Positions 10,238-20,594 are shown, counted from the first letter of the stretch. The stretch: 64,000 nt of DNA from Ilumatobacteraceae bacterium (GCA_963829675.1 CAWHJP010000020.1:2820-66819); one strand, 5' to 3'. The notes: generated by a model not told the origin, from the sequence alone. Numbers and translations are program-made.

Positions 10238-10714
10238 ATGAGCGGCGTGCCCACTCTCTTCGAATGGGCGGGTGGCACCCCTGCTGTTCGACGGTTGATC
10301 GATGCGTTCTACGACCGCGTCGAAGGAGATGAACTGCTCAGTCCGTTTTTTCCAGGCGGCGTCAGCGAGGACCACCGGGCTCACGTCGTACTGTGGTGGT
10401 CCGAGGTGCTTGGCGGACCTGCCGACTACACGGAGCGATTGGGCGGCTATCCCCGGATGCTCTCCCATCACCGAAACCTCCGGATCACCGCGGAGCAGCG
10501 CTTTCGCTTCGCTTCGACGATGAGTCAGGCCGCTGACGACGCCCAACTGCCTGATGATCCTGAGTTCCGCGCTGCGTTTGTCGGCTACCTCGAGTGGGGC
10601 ACCCGCCTGGCGCTCCAGAACTCCCAAGACGATGCAGACGTCGTCGAGGACGCGCCGGTGCCGCGGTGGGGCTGGGGAGTTGCTCCGCCGTACATCCCAC
10701 AGCCTCCGAGTTAG
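10238..10714 (+). CDS. group II truncated hemoglobin
   Basis: ATG 10238, in frame inside ORF 9965..10714. LFEWAGGTPAVRRLIDAFYDRVEGDELLSPFF…HRAHVVLWWSEVLGGPADYTERLGGYPRMLSHHRNLRITAEQRFRF is the typical 2-on-2 globin pattern. Confidence 0.8.
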   Translation: MSGVPTLFEWAGGTPAVRRLIDAFYDRVEGDELLSPFFPGGVSEDHRAHVVLWWSEVLGGPADYTERLGGYPRMLSHHRNLRITAEQRFRFASTMSQAADDAQLPDDPEFRAAFVGYLEWGTRLALQNSQDDADVVEDAPVPRWGWGVAPPYIPQPPS

Positions 10715-10764
10715 CCCGTCAAAAGCGACCTCGGTTTCCACCAAGTGACAGCCGCGAGTTCGCG

Positions 10765-11268
10765 CTATACGAACCGCCGCTCGATCTCGACGCTCTGGCT
10801 CTCCAACGCGTCGAGCAGTGTGCGCTTCAACAAGTCACGGTCCTCGTCGTCTGGACGCGCTCCATGCGTCCAAAAGTTTCGGAGAAAGTCAAAGTCTTCC
10901 CAGATCGGCGCTCGGGGACGTGCGTCGTCGTCGTATCGCGGCGTGAGCCACCAATGCAGATGCGGCACCGTGTTGCCCAGTGCTTCATAGTTGAGCTTCC
11001 GTGGGCTGAACGCACGGAACATTGCGTGCGCGACGTCGGACATCTCCATGAGATGAGCAGCCCGGATCGGTCGTGGCAGTTCATGCAATTCCGCAACGCA
11101 ACTCGTTGCAACGAAGAATGTGGCGCCTCGGAAAAACTGAGTTGGGCTGAGGCGGACCAGTCCTGTCGAGAGTCGTGCGACCGCCCAAGGGTCCTCGCCA
11201 CGGTCAGCCGCCGCGTTCTCCGCGCAGAGCGCGCAGCCATCCCCGCCCTCACTGGCGATGGGTTGCAT
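10765..11268 (-). CDS. HIT-family nucleotide hydrolase/transferase
   Basis: Histidine-triad-like motif VPHLHWWLTPR and N-terminal CALC. ATG at 11268; a TTG at 11304 is also possible. Confidence 0.75.
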   Translation of the reverse strand: MQPIASEGGDGCALCAENAAADRGEDPWAVARLSTGLVRLSPTQFFRGATFFVATSCVAELHELPRPIRAAHLMEMSDVAHAMFRAFSPRKLNYEALGNTVPHLHWWLTPRYDDDARPRAPIWEDFDFLRNFWTHGARPDDEDRDLLKRTLLDALESQSVEIERRFV

Positions 11269-11353
11269 GCGAGCAGATTGCCCGGACCCGAGCGTGTTCC
11301 GCAAGCGGTCGACACGCGGTCGAGCTGATCAAGGTCGAGTGTCATACTGAAGA

Positions 11354-12292
11354 ATGGGGTCGGACGAGGCCAGCTATCGGCGAGTGGAGCGACGGTTGTG
11401 GGAGTCGTTCGGGTTGGAACCGACCGAACAGCGAGTCCACTTGCAGGACCTGGACGTCACGGTGCGCATCCAGGAGATTGGTGAGGGACCTCCGGTCGTT
11501 CTGATCCATGGAGCGTCGGTGGCCGGCATCAGCTGGGTCAACCTGGTCCAAGGCCTTGGCGGGTTCCGGTGCATCATGCTCGACCGACCAGGCTGCGGGC
11601 TGAGCGATCCGCTGCCCGGCGGCGCAGGCAAGGCCGACATCAATGCGGTGAAGCGAGCGGCCGACCACCTGATCCCCGATCTGCTCGATGCCCTCGAATT
11701 GCCCGCTGCCCATGTCCTCGGCACGTCCTTCGGTGGGTTCTTCGCTCTCCGCGCCGCTGCCGCCGCTCCCGAGCGCGTCACCCGTGTGATGTTGTACAGC
11801 TGGTCGATGGGCGTTCCGATGGACCACACCCCACTCGTCATGCGGGTTGCCGGCATTCCGGCCGTCGGTCAGATCTCGGCGCGAATGCCCATCGGCCGGG
11901 CCACTGCCAAAATGATGCTTCGCCAGGTCGGGTTGAAGGGCGCCATCGACTCGGGCAAATTCAATGCCGAGATGCTCGACTGGTTCGTCGCGCTGATGCG
12001 GTACACCCCGACCATGCTCAACGAGATCCGTGCGACTCCCAAGATGATCCAACCGATCAAGGGCCTCAACCAGGCGATGTTGTTCACCGACGAGATGCTC
12101 GCCCGAGTCACCAGCCCGGTGTACTGCTTCTGGGGCGAGGACGACCCGAACGGCGGAGCGGAAACCGCGAAGCGGTTCGTCGCCCGGCTCCCACACTGCA
12201 CCCTCGAACTGGTACCCGACGCCGGACATGCCCCCTGGATCGACGAGACCGAGTTGGCAACCGCGTCCACACGAGCGTTTCTCAACGGTTGA
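11354..12292 (+). CDS. alpha/beta-fold hydrolase
   Basis: 312-aa ORF with PPVVLIHGASVAGISW, nucleophile elbow GTSFGGFFAL and C-terminal DAGHAPWIDE. Confidence 0.85.
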   Translation: MGSDEASYRRVERRLWESFGLEPTEQRVHLQDLDVTVRIQEIGEGPPVVLIHGASVAGISWVNLVQGLGGFRCIMLDRPGCGLSDPLPGGAGKADINAVKRAADHLIPDLLDALELPAAHVLGTSFGGFFALRAAAAAPERVTRVMLYSWSMGVPMDHTPLVMRVAGIPAVGQISARMPIGRATAKMMLRQVGLKGAIDSGKFNAEMLDWFVALMRYTPTMLNEIRATPKMIQPIKGLNQAMLFTDEMLARVTSPVYCFWGEDDPNGGAETAKRFVARLPHCTLELVPDAGHAPWIDETELATASTRAFLNG

Positions 12293-12380
12293 CGGTTGGA
12301 TGCGCGCCGCTCAGCACCGCTCGATGTCGCCGACCTCGTAGGCAGCTGGATCGATGGTGCGCCGGTGATCGGCCGGTGGA

Positions 12381-12776
12381 TCAGTCGGCGAAGACATCGC
12401 GGCTGTGCTGGATGAAGAACGAGTGATCGTGACCCTTGTTCGGATCCTCCGAGTTGTACTTCGTGTGTTGCGCACCGTCCGGCACGACTTCCTCGGAGTA
12501 GATCGCGCCGACCGGGCAGACGTCAGGCTGGTAGCAGGCGGTGCACGACGTGCACTCGTCGAGGTTCACGTACAGGATCGTGTCAGCGAACACCGCGACG
12601 GCATCAGGGTTCGGCGTGTGCGTGCCGGCGATCTCGCCGGACCCCGCCTCTTCCTCGGAGAACAGCACGTTCTTCGCCGGATCGAACTCGTAGATGCACT
12701 GGACAGGGCAAACATCGACGCACGCTCGATCCTTCACGCCGATGCAGGCTTCGGTGATGATGGCAAGGCCCGACAT
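12381..12776 (-). CDS. 4Fe-4S ferredoxin with an extended insert
   Basis: 131 aa with Cys clusters: CIGVKDRACVDVCPVQC and CTSCTACYQPDVCP. Confidence 0.85.
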   Translation of the reverse strand: MSGLAIITEACIGVKDRACVDVCPVQCIYEFDPAKNVLFSEEEAGSGEIAGTHTPNPDAVAVFADTILYVNLDECTSCTACYQPDVCPVGAIYSEEVVPDGAQHTKYNSEDPNKGHDHSFFIQHSRDVFAD

Positions 12777-13032
12777 TGTCGGCCTCCTTCCTCGCCCACC
12801 TGCACTCCACGTTCGCGCCGCGGTGTCGGCTGGTCAAGTTTGCGCCCATCCGATCCGGCTCGTCACGTCCACGTTTGATCACGAGAACGATGGGTACGGC
12901 TGTTGCTCGCACCCCATCGCACGGCCCTCGCCACCCGACCCCAGGTGGCGAGGGCCGTTGCAAGTGGGGATGGCGCAACGGATCGGCCAGACGGGTTCGG
13001 TGCATCTCGGACCAATCAGCGCCGCGACCCAG

Positions 13033-13224
13033 GAAGACTGTCGCGGCGTCGACGAAACAGAGTCGGTTGCCGTCGGGATCCGCGCAGTAGAACGAACGCT
13101 CGCCCCACGGGCGCTCTTCGATCTGGGTGAGCTGGCGAGCTCCGGCGTCGTTCGCTCGTTGGTACGTCGCATCGAGATCATCCGTGGCGAAGTACAGGAA
13201 GCGCTGTCCCGTCCGTGTTGCACC
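13033..13224 (-). pseudogene. remnant of a VOC/glyoxalase-bleomycin-resistance family gene (C-terminal half only)
   Basis: The minus frame reads GQRFLYFATDDLDATYQRANDAGARQLTQIEERPWGERSFYCADPDGNRLCFVDAATVF. It is bounded by an in-frame TGA immediately upstream (13225-13227) and has no start codon. Confidence 0.45.
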
Positions 13225-13282
13225 TCATGCGAGTTACAGTCGGCTCGGCGTCCGCTCCACCGATCGATCGAAGGAGACAGCG

Positions 13283-13900
13283 ATGGGATTCTATGGCGAC
13301 CGAGTGCTGCCGCGGATCGTCAACGTTGCCTGTGGGATGAAGTCCAACAACGAGCAGAGAAGCCGAGTGTGCGAAGGCCTTCACGGCCAGGTCGTCGAGA
13401 TCGGTTTCGGGTCCGGACTCAACATTCCCTACTATCCGGATTCGGTCGACGGGGTCGCCGCGATCGAGCCGGCAGACCTCGGGTGGAAACTCGCAGGCAA
13501 GCGCCTCGCAAACTCACCGGTCCCAGTCGAACGTTCCGGCCTCGACGGCCAATTGCTGCCGTTGGCGGACGACAGCTGCGACACGGCCCTGTCGACGTGG
13601 ACCCTGTGCACCATCCCCGACGCGATCGCCGCGTTACACGAGGTGCACCGTGTACTCAAGCCCGGCGGAACCCTCCACTTCGTCGAGCATGGACTCGCCC
13701 CCGACGACGACGTGCAACGCTGGCAACACCGCCTGGAACCGTTGCAGAAGCGTGTCTTCGGTGGATGCCATCTGACCCGTCCAATCCTGGATCTGCTGAC
13801 GACGGCGGGTTTCACGGTCACCGATGTCGACGTCTTCTACGAGCAGGGCGCACCGAAGTTCCTCACCGCCCAGTCCCTGGGCGTCGCCGTCGCCTCCTAG
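13283..13900 (+). CDS. class I SAM-dependent methyltransferase
   Basis: ATG 13283 preceded by AAGGAG. Motif I VVEIGFGSGLN and later LKPGGTLHFVEHG. Confidence 0.85.
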   Translation: MGFYGDRVLPRIVNVACGMKSNNEQRSRVCEGLHGQVVEIGFGSGLNIPYYPDSVDGVAAIEPADLGWKLAGKRLANSPVPVERSGLDGQLLPLADDSCDTALSTWTLCTIPDAIAALHEVHRVLKPGGTLHFVEHGLAPDDDVQRWQHRLEPLQKRVFGGCHLTRPILDLLTTAGFTVTDVDVFYEQGAPKFLTAQSLGVAVAS

Positions 13901-13994
13901 GACGAACCCGTCGCCGGTCGACGTTCTCGCATGAGTCGATCGTTGATCGGACGGGAGCCGAACGCCGGATCACGGTGACGCGTCGCTGACTAGC

Positions 13995-16862
13995 GTGCAG
14001 GAGGTGACGACCTTTGGCGTGTTGGGTCCGATCCGCGTGGCGGGTGACGACGACGAGGAGATCGTGCTCACGGGACAGCGCCAGCGACGACTCCTGAGCG
14101 CCTTGATCCTGCACAGAGGGCGTGTGGTTTCGGTCGATCGGCTCAGCGAAGCCGTCTGGGGCGCGGAGTCCGCTGTCAACCCTGCGGCGTTGCAGTCGTT
14201 GGTGTTCCGGTTGCGTCAGCGGGTTCGAGGCCTCGATCTCGAGTATCGGGCGCCCGGTTACGTGCTCGTGGTGCCGGATGATCATGTTGACATCGGGCGG
14301 TTCGAGATGCTCGTGCTCGACGCGACGGCCCGCCGATCCGAGGATCCAGTACGAGCGTGCCAGTTGCTCGATGACGCACTGCGGCTCTGGCGTGGTGACC
14401 CGTTCGACGATCTCGTCGACGCCGACGACGGGCGTGTCGAGATCGATCGCCTGACCGAACTCCGCTGCCGGGCGCTCGAGGAGCAGTTCGAGCTGCAGCT
14501 CGACCTCGGCGAGTCCTCCGTAATGATCGCTGAGTTGGAAGCCTTCACTACCAGACAGCCGTTGCGTGAGCGTCCGCGCCATCTGCTCATGCGGACGTAC
14601 GAGTCACTCGGGCGCCGCGCCGACGCGCTTCGGGTGTACGACGCGTATCGAAGGCTGCTCGCCGATGAACTCGGTGTGGCGCCATCGCCGGAACTCCGGC
14701 GACGCCACGACGAGCTGTTGGCCGCCGACGAGGTCACTCTGGGGTCGCCTCGCGACATCGAGGTGCGCCGGTCGTGGCTCCCGTTGCGACGGCCGACATC
14801 ATCGTTCATCGGTCGGGACGCGTTGGTGGTCGAGACGATCGGCCGCCTGTCTGATTCGCGATTGATCACACTGATCGGGCCCGGCGGTGTCGGCAAGACG
14901 CGCTTGGCGACCGAGATGGCGTACCGGCTCGAAGGAAACGGCCTCGACGGCGTCGTCTGGTGTGACTTGACGACTGCGACCGAGCGGACGGTGATCGATG
15001 TCGTCATCGGAGCGGCTGCCGTGGAGAGCCGGGCCGACCAGCCCGACATCGACCGACTGGTCGAAGTGTTGCGCCACGAGCACTGCTGTGTCGTCCTCGA
15101 CAACTGTGAGCACGTGATCGATGAAGCGGCCAGGGTTGCCGAACAACTCGTCGAGATGACCGAACACGTCATCGTTCTGGCGACAAGTCGCGAGCGGCTC
15201 GCCGTCGACGGCGAGCGCCTGGTCGCGGTGCCGCCCCTCGCGCACGCCCCGGGGACGGACTCACCGGCCACCCGGCTCCTCGTCGATCGGATGAAGGACA
15301 TCACGGGACGTACACCCGCCGACGACGAGCTTCGTCTTCTCGACGAGCTCGGCGGCCGTCTCGACGGGCTTCCGCTTGCCTTGGAACTGGCCGCAGCGCG
15401 CCTTCAGACGCTCACCGCCCACGAGGTCCTCGGCGGCGTCGAGGAGAGCATCGCGGTGCTGCGCGGCGGCCGGCGGACGGTGGAACGACATCGGTCGGTC
15501 GACGCGGCGCTGCAGTGGTCCTACGACCTCCTCGACGAGTCGGTCCGCGCAACACTCCGCGCCGCTGCCACGTTCTCGGCTCCCTTCGATGCGGCGGACG
15601 TCGCTGCCGTGATGGACCTCGACCAGTCGACCGTCGTCGAGATGCTGTCGATGCTGATCGAGCGCTCGATGGCACACCGCGACGGCCCACGCCTCCACCT
15701 GCTGCACGTCGTTCGTCGGTTCGCCGAGGAGCAGACGGGCGAGGCCGAGCGAGATCGCTCGGCCCTCCGTCTGGCGATTCGTATGCGGGACGTCGCGGCG
15801 ATGTTGCGGGCGGGCTTGCGAACCGCTCGCGACAGCGCGCCGATCGACGAGTACCTCGTCCGCGTGCCCGATTTCCGTCGAGCGATCGAGTTGAGTCTTG
15901 CGGCCGGGGACGCGGACACGGCGCTGCGCACGGTGACGTCTCTTCGCGATCTTGCACTCAACAGCTCGAGCTCCGAGTTCGCCCGGTGGGGCGAGGATTC
16001 GGCAGCCGCCGGTGAAGCCGTCGACCACCCGCTGACGGTCGATGGTTACGCCGCCGCCGGGATCGGCGCGTGGAAGCGATGCGCACTCGACGACACCAGG
16101 CGGCTGCTCGCTCGCGCCGAGCAGCTCCTCGACCGACATCAACTCTCCGCGACGTATGAGCTGCTCGGTGCGCAGGCGACCGAGGATCTCGCCCACGGCG
16201 CGCTCGATCGGGCGATCGAGCGCCTGGAGCTCGCCGCTGACCTGCCCGGGGTGATCGAGGACCCGATACGCCGCGCGGAGACCTTGGGAACCCTGGTGAT
16301 CTGCATGGCCTATGCCCACCGCTCCGATGTCATCGATGTCGCCGACGCGATGGCGACCGAACTCGCTGACGAGCCGGCTGCGATCGCGGGTGCATGGTGC
16401 CGATACGCGTGCGGCGAATGTCGGCTCGACTCCGATCCACAGCGTGCTCGTGAGCACCTGGAACACGCTGTGGAACTCGCGCGGGCGGGAGGCTCGACGT
16501 TCGTCGAGGGCATCGCCGGGGCGTCGCTCGCGTCGCTCGATGTCCGATCGAATCAGCTCCCTGCGGCGATCGCCCGTTATCGCTGGCTGTTGTCGTTGTG
16601 GTTGCGTGCCGGGTTGCAATCGCCGTTCTGGACTGGAATGCGATCAGTGGCCGACCTGCTGCTGCGCGCCGGTGAAACCGTCACCGCGATCCGCCTGCTC
16701 GGCGCGGTGATGGCGCCGGGAACCGGACACGACGTGTTCGGCGATGACGCCGAGCGTCTCGAGTCGATGTGTCGCGAACTCGAGGGTCTTGCCGGCCGTG
16801 ACGGTGTTCGAGGTCGAGTCCAAAGCAGGGGCCGAACTCGACGAAGCGGCCGCCGCCCATGA
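13995..16862 (+). CDS. SARP/AfsR-family transcriptional regulator (wHTH-BTAD-NB-ARC-helical repeats)
   Basis: 955-aa ORF with FGVLGPIRV, RRLLSALILHRGRVVSVDRLSEAVWG, LRVYDAYRRLLADELGVAPSPELRRRHDELL and P-loop LIGPGGVGKTRLA. The last 20 or so codons look out of frame. A shift near 16800 would give …FEVESKAGAELDEAAAAHEATAAFDRLADPAR and a stop at 16903-16905. Confidence 0.88.
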   Translation: MQEVTTFGVLGPIRVAGDDDEEIVLTGQRQRRLLSALILHRGRVVSVDRLSEAVWGAESAVNPAALQSLVFRLRQRVRGLDLEYRAPGYVLVVPDDHVDIGRFEMLVLDATARRSEDPVRACQLLDDALRLWRGDPFDDLVDADDGRVEIDRLTELRCRALEEQFELQLDLGESSVMIAELEAFTTRQPLRERPRHLLMRTYESLGRRADALRVYDAYRRLLADELGVAPSPELRRRHDELLAADEVTLGSPRDIEVRRSWLPLRRPTSSFIGRDALVVETIGRLSDSRLITLIGPGGVGKTRLATEMAYRLEGNGLDGVVWCDLTTATERTVIDVVIGAAAVESRADQPDIDRLVEVLRHEHCCVVLDNCEHVIDEAARVAEQLVEMTEHVIVLATSRERLAVDGERLVAVPPLAHAPGTDSPATRLLVDRMKDITGRTPADDELRLLDELGGRLDGLPLALELAAARLQTLTAHEVLGGVEESIAVLRGGRRTVERHRSVDAALQWSYDLLDESVRATLRAAATFSAPFDAADVAAVMDLDQSTVVEMLSMLIERSMAHRDGPRLHLLHVVRRFAEEQTGEAERDRSALRLAIRMRDVAAMLRAGLRTARDSAPIDEYLVRVPDFRRAIELSLAAGDADTALRTVTSLRDLALNSSSSEFARWGEDSAAAGEAVDHPLTVDGYAAAGIGAWKRCALDDTRRLLARAEQLLDRHQLSATYELLGAQATEDLAHGALDRAIERLELAADLPGVIEDPIRRAETLGTLVICMAYAHRSDVIDVADAMATELADEPAAIAGAWCRYACGECRLDSDPQRAREHLEHAVELARAGGSTFVEGIAGASLASLDVRSNQLPAAIARYRWLLSLWLRAGLQSPFWTGMRSVADLLLRAGETVTAIRLLGAVMAPGTGHDVFGDDAERLESMCRELEGLAGRDGVRGRVQSRGRTRRSGRRP

Positions 16863-16914
16863 GGCGACGGCCGCATTCGACCGATTGGCGGATCCGGCGC
16901 GTTGAGCGCCACTG

Positions 16915-18112
16915 TCACCAGCGCGGGCCGCTCGCGTCGATCCCCAGAACGACCTTGGCCACGGTCTCGTGAGTCAACGCGGCGTTGGCAGGATGGAAGC
17001 CACCGGCGCGCACGTCCCGATACAGCCGCTCCAGCTCGTTGCCACGCACCATGGCCGCACCGCCGGCGACGTCCAACGCGATGTCGACGACCCGCTTCGC
17101 CGCCTCGACCGCCCGCCACTTCGCGGAGACGATCTTCGGTCCCCACATCGCACCATGGTCGACGCCGGAGACCCAGTCGTCGATGAGGCGATCGACGAGC
17201 GCCTTCGCCGGATCGAGCTCGAGGTACATCTCGGCGATCTGATGTTGCACCATCGGGTTGTGGGCGTACGTGCCACGTGGGATCGCGACCGACGACTTCG
17301 TGGTGGCCGACTCCACGGCCAATGCCAAGGCCCGTTCGGCGATGCCGAGGTAGACGTTGGCCATGATCGGCAACGCCCAGATGTTCATCGCGAACAGGAA
17401 CAGATCGGCGTCGAAGCCGGCCGGGACGATCCGTCCGATACGGCGTCAGGAACGAACGCCTCGTCGAGGACCGTGTCGAAGCTCTGCGTCGGTCGCATGC
17501 CGAGCGTGTCCCACGTCGGAACGACGGTGACACCTTCGCGCGTCGCGATCGACGAACCCGTGGACGATCATCGGCGCCTCCGGGTCGGACAGATCGATGC
17601 CGTGCACCCCGAGTACGGACCAGACCGGGCCGTTGGAGCCGAACATCTTCCGACCGCTGAATCGATAGCCGCCGTCGACGCGCGTCGCGACGGTCGTCGA
17701 CATGACGACCGGAGCGTCGTTGCCCGCCTCGGCGTGACCCGCCGCGATGATCCGCCGGCGAGCGCCTCGTCGAACATCCATCGACACGACGTGTCACCGA
17801 ATCGCTCGAGCTCGGCGGCGATGCCGATCCAGTAGGTGTGCATCGTCATCGCCAGGGCGGTCGCCGGCGCGAACGTCGCGAGCCGCCGCTGGAGGACGGC
17901 GAACTCGGCGAGGTTCAGGCCTCCGCCACCGAACTCGGCCGGGCACCACAGCGGCGAGGTAGCCGAGCTCACGGAGCACGGCCAGATCGCTCGTGGAGGT
18001 AGGTGTTGTCGGCGTCGGCGCGCTGCGCACGGACGCGGAACTGTTCGAGCACGCTGTCGGCCGGAAGCGTGCCGGTTGTGGTGTTGGTGTTTCGAGTGTC
18101 GATGATGGTCAT
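16915..18112 (-). pseudogene. acyl-CoA dehydrogenase, at least 5 frame breaks
   Basis: Pieces in order:
- MTIIDTRNTNT…NTYLHE (ATG 18112, GGAGA RBS)
- DLAVLRELGYLAAVVP
- AEFGGGGLNLAEFAVLQRRLATFAPATALAMTMHTYW…
- IIAAGHAEAGNDAPVV…GYRFSGRKMFGSNGPVW…
- EGVTVVPTWDTLGMRPTQSFDTVLDEAFVPDA
- C-terminal ORF 16915..17388
Breaks lie near 17990, 17945, 17760, 17552 and 17445. Confidence 0.85.
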
Positions 18113-18248
18113 GGGATGTCTCCTGTCTTTGGAATGATTGGACGAACCTGATCGTGCGCGGTGCTACTCACGTCGACTGACGTGCACTGACGGGGCCGTC
18201 GAGCGAACGTCAACGAAACGTCACGAGGCCGGGCGGACGATCGACGAC

Positions 18249-19001
18249 ATGAACGCATCACTTCTCTCCTCGCACCGCCCGCTGACCCGGAACCTCGAGC
18301 AGATCGCCGACCTCGGCACGATCGTCATGCGTGTGGGCGCACCCGGACGACGAGACGTACGTGGCCGGTGGGCTCATGGCCGTCGCTCGCCACCTCGGTC
18401 AACCCGTCACGTGCGTCACGGTCACCGACGGCGACTTCGCTCCGACCGAGGCCGAACGACTGCGGGCCGCCGGCGTTCGTCGCGCCGAACTCGATCTCGC
18501 TCTCGACCTGCTCGGAGTGACCGACCGCGTGCGATTCGGTCTGCGCGACGGCGACTGCCATCAGGTCGCGGATCACGTTGGGGTCGTCCCTGATCGCCGA
18601 TGTGCTCGAGTCACGCCGACCGGACACCGTGGTGACATTCGGCCCCGACGGGCTCACCGGCCACCTCGACCATCGCGCCGTGGCGCGGTGGACCGCCGAT
18701 GCCGTACGCCTCGTTTGTCCGCACGCGCGCCTGCTCTGTCCGTCGGCGACGCCGGAAATGGTCTCCGCGGATCGTGACATCAACGATCGATTCGACGTGT
18801 ACGGGCCCGGGCTGCCGACAACGCATCGTGTCGAGGAACTGCTGCTCGAACTGACCATCAGCGGGCCGTGGCTCGACCTCAAACTCGCGGCGCTTCAGGC
18901 TCATGCCAGCCAGACCGACCGGGCTGATCGACGCCGTCGGGGTCGACCGGTACCGCCGCTGGATCGCCCGCGAACCATTCATCGCCTTCGAGCACTTCTG
19001 A
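18249..19001 (+). pseudogene. PIG-L/LmbE-family deacetylase, about 3 frame breaks
   Basis: Reconstructed as MNASLLSS…LGTIV | WAHPDDETYVAGGLMAV…TDGD… | …VVTFGPDGLTGHLDHRAV…LAALQAHASQT | GLIDAVGVDRYRRWIAREPFIAFEHF then stop. Breaks near 18330, 18575 and 18918. The AHPDDE and HxDH motifs are present. Confidence 0.8.
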
Positions 19002-19177
19002 TCCGCCCGGTCGGCGAACACGGCGCGGACCTCAGCCCGCAAAGTTGCTGGCTCGGGCGGCCTCGCGGCGGCAAGACTCGAACGATGCCACCCGAAGTCG
19101 ACGGTGCACCGGGAACGGCACCCCGGGACTCCGACGACCGGCCCGCCGACTCGATGGGCAACGGACGAGCCTGCGGG

Positions 19178-20119
19178 ATGCGCTTCGGCCTGTTGTGTAC
19201 GGCAAACGTGGAAACGGCGCGGTCGATCAGCGACTACGTGGATTTCAACGTCGAGGCCGAGGCCTTGGGGTTCGTGTCATCCTTTCTGGTCGAGCATCAC
19301 TTCAGCGGCTGGAACCAGGTTGCGGCGACGCTGATGTTGCAGACGTGCGTCGCCACTCGCACCTCATCGCTCCGCTTGGGTACCGGCGTCATCGTCCTGC
19401 CATGGCACAACCCCGTCCTGCTCGCCGAGCAGGCGGCGACGTTGGATGTGATCTCGGGTGGCCGCCTCGACCTCGGCGTCGGCAAGGGCTACCGGCACTC
19501 GGAGTTCACGGGATTCAACGTCGATCAAGGTGACGCCGATCCGCGCTTCGAGGAGGCACTCGAGGTGCTGCTCCGAGCGTGGGCCACGCGGGAGCGGTTC
19601 TCGCACCACGGCCGATTCTGGACCTTCGACGACATCGTCGTCGAGCCACCACCGCTTCAGTCCCCCCGCCCGCCGATCTGGGTCGCCGCCGCCAGTGAGA
19701 CGTCAGTTCGGCGGGTCGCCGCGTGGGGCCACAACCTGATGCTGGATCAGTACGCGTCGGTCGAACAGATTGCCGAACGGCTCGCTTGGTTCGGGGAAGG
19801 TGAGGTGGCGGTGGCCCGGCAGGTGTACGTCGCGCACAGCCGAGCCGAGGCGGATCATGCCCTGGCGAGGCAGGCGGCTTTCACCCGCCGCACCGTCGAC
19901 GTGTCGCGGTCGCCGGACACCGCGAGTGGCTCGCACGTTCTCCGATACGCGAACACCGAGGCGCACGCCCTGTTCGGGACGCCGGATGAGATCTGCGAAG
20001 GACTCGAGACCCTCCGCGCCGCCGGCGTCGGGTACGTCCTCGTCCAGCTCGAAAGTGGCACCCAGCAACTGAGGCGATTCGCCGACGAGGTCGCCCCGAA
20101 CGTACAGAGGACGCGGTGA
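19178..20119 (+). CDS. LLM-class (luciferase-like) flavin/F420-dependent oxidoreductase
   Basis: ATG 19178, in frame inside ORF 18578..20119. MRFGLLC…GFVSSFLVEHHFSGW…LGTGVIVLPWHNPVLLAEQAATLDVISGGRLDLGVGKGY. Confidence 0.85.
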   Translation: MRFGLLCTANVETARSISDYVDFNVEAEALGFVSSFLVEHHFSGWNQVAATLMLQTCVATRTSSLRLGTGVIVLPWHNPVLLAEQAATLDVISGGRLDLGVGKGYRHSEFTGFNVDQGDADPRFEEALEVLLRAWATRERFSHHGRFWTFDDIVVEPPPLQSPRPPIWVAAASETSVRRVAAWGHNLMLDQYASVEQIAERLAWFGEGEVAVARQVYVAHSRAEADHALARQAAFTRRTVDVSRSPDTASGSHVLRYANTEAHALFGTPDEICEGLETLRAAGVGYVLVQLESGTQQLRRFADEVAPNVQRTR

Positions 20120-20122
20120 TCG

Positions 20123-20534
20123 TCACCGCGGGGAGCGGAGCAGTCCAACACCGAGTACGACGAGGCCCAGCGGCGAGGAGCGCGGCTCCGACGTAGGCGA
20201 GGTTGATGAGAACGTTCGGCTCGGTGGCGTCGGCGTCCGTCACCGAGCAGAAGAAGGCGACCGGAAGCAGGATCGCCGAAGCGGGGATCGAGTGACGCGC
20301 GAACGCGCGCCAGCGGGGCCCGAGTTCGCATTCGTCGACGTAGCGCAGGGCGACGAGCGCGAGTACGAGCAACACTCCGGCATGGGCGTGCCCGGCCCGC
20401 CACAGGTCCTGGCGTAGCTCGTTGTTCCGGTAGGCGGGGTCGTCGATCATGGCGAGAATGCTGACGCCGCCGAGGATGACGGCGGGGAGCAGGACCAGCA
20501 ACAAACCCGCCAGCCGCCGCGACGCGATGCTCAT
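20123..20534 (-). pseudogene. small integral membrane protein (3-4 TM), one frame break near 20165
   Basis: MSIASRRLAGLLLVLLPAVILGGVSILAM…HAHAGVLLVLALVAL…ILLPVAFFCSV…NLAYVGAALLAAG, then after a 1-nt shift LVVLGVGLLRSPR and a stop at 20123-20125. The unshifted ORF runs on antisense into the LLM gene. Confidence 0.55.
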
Positions 20535-20579
20535 CGAGGTCGCGGATGCGCCGGTGGATAGCTGCACTCTCCATATATG

Positions 20580-20594
20580 GATAGTGCTACTATC
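20580..20594. promoter_or_regulatory. inverted repeat GATAGT-GCT-ACTATC in the divergent intergenic region upstream of the MerR gene (candidate operator)
   Basis: Perfect 6-bp arms with a 3-bp spacer in an AT-enriched patch (CCATATATGGATAGTGCTACTATCTGG). It lies 35 bp upstream of the MerR GTG start. Confidence 0.4.

Noticed and set aside
18578-20119. 513-aa ORF as a single fusion protein; likewise 27615..29435 (606 aa) and 8301..9968 (555 aa)
   Set aside because: Each is a run-through of open frame across two or three separate genes: LmbE tail plus LLM oxidoreductase; SRPBCC, phosphotransferase and DUF6285-like; upstream noise plus nucleoside hydrolase. Internal starts with RBSs and domain boundaries are clear, and the connecting segments are compositionally non-protein.
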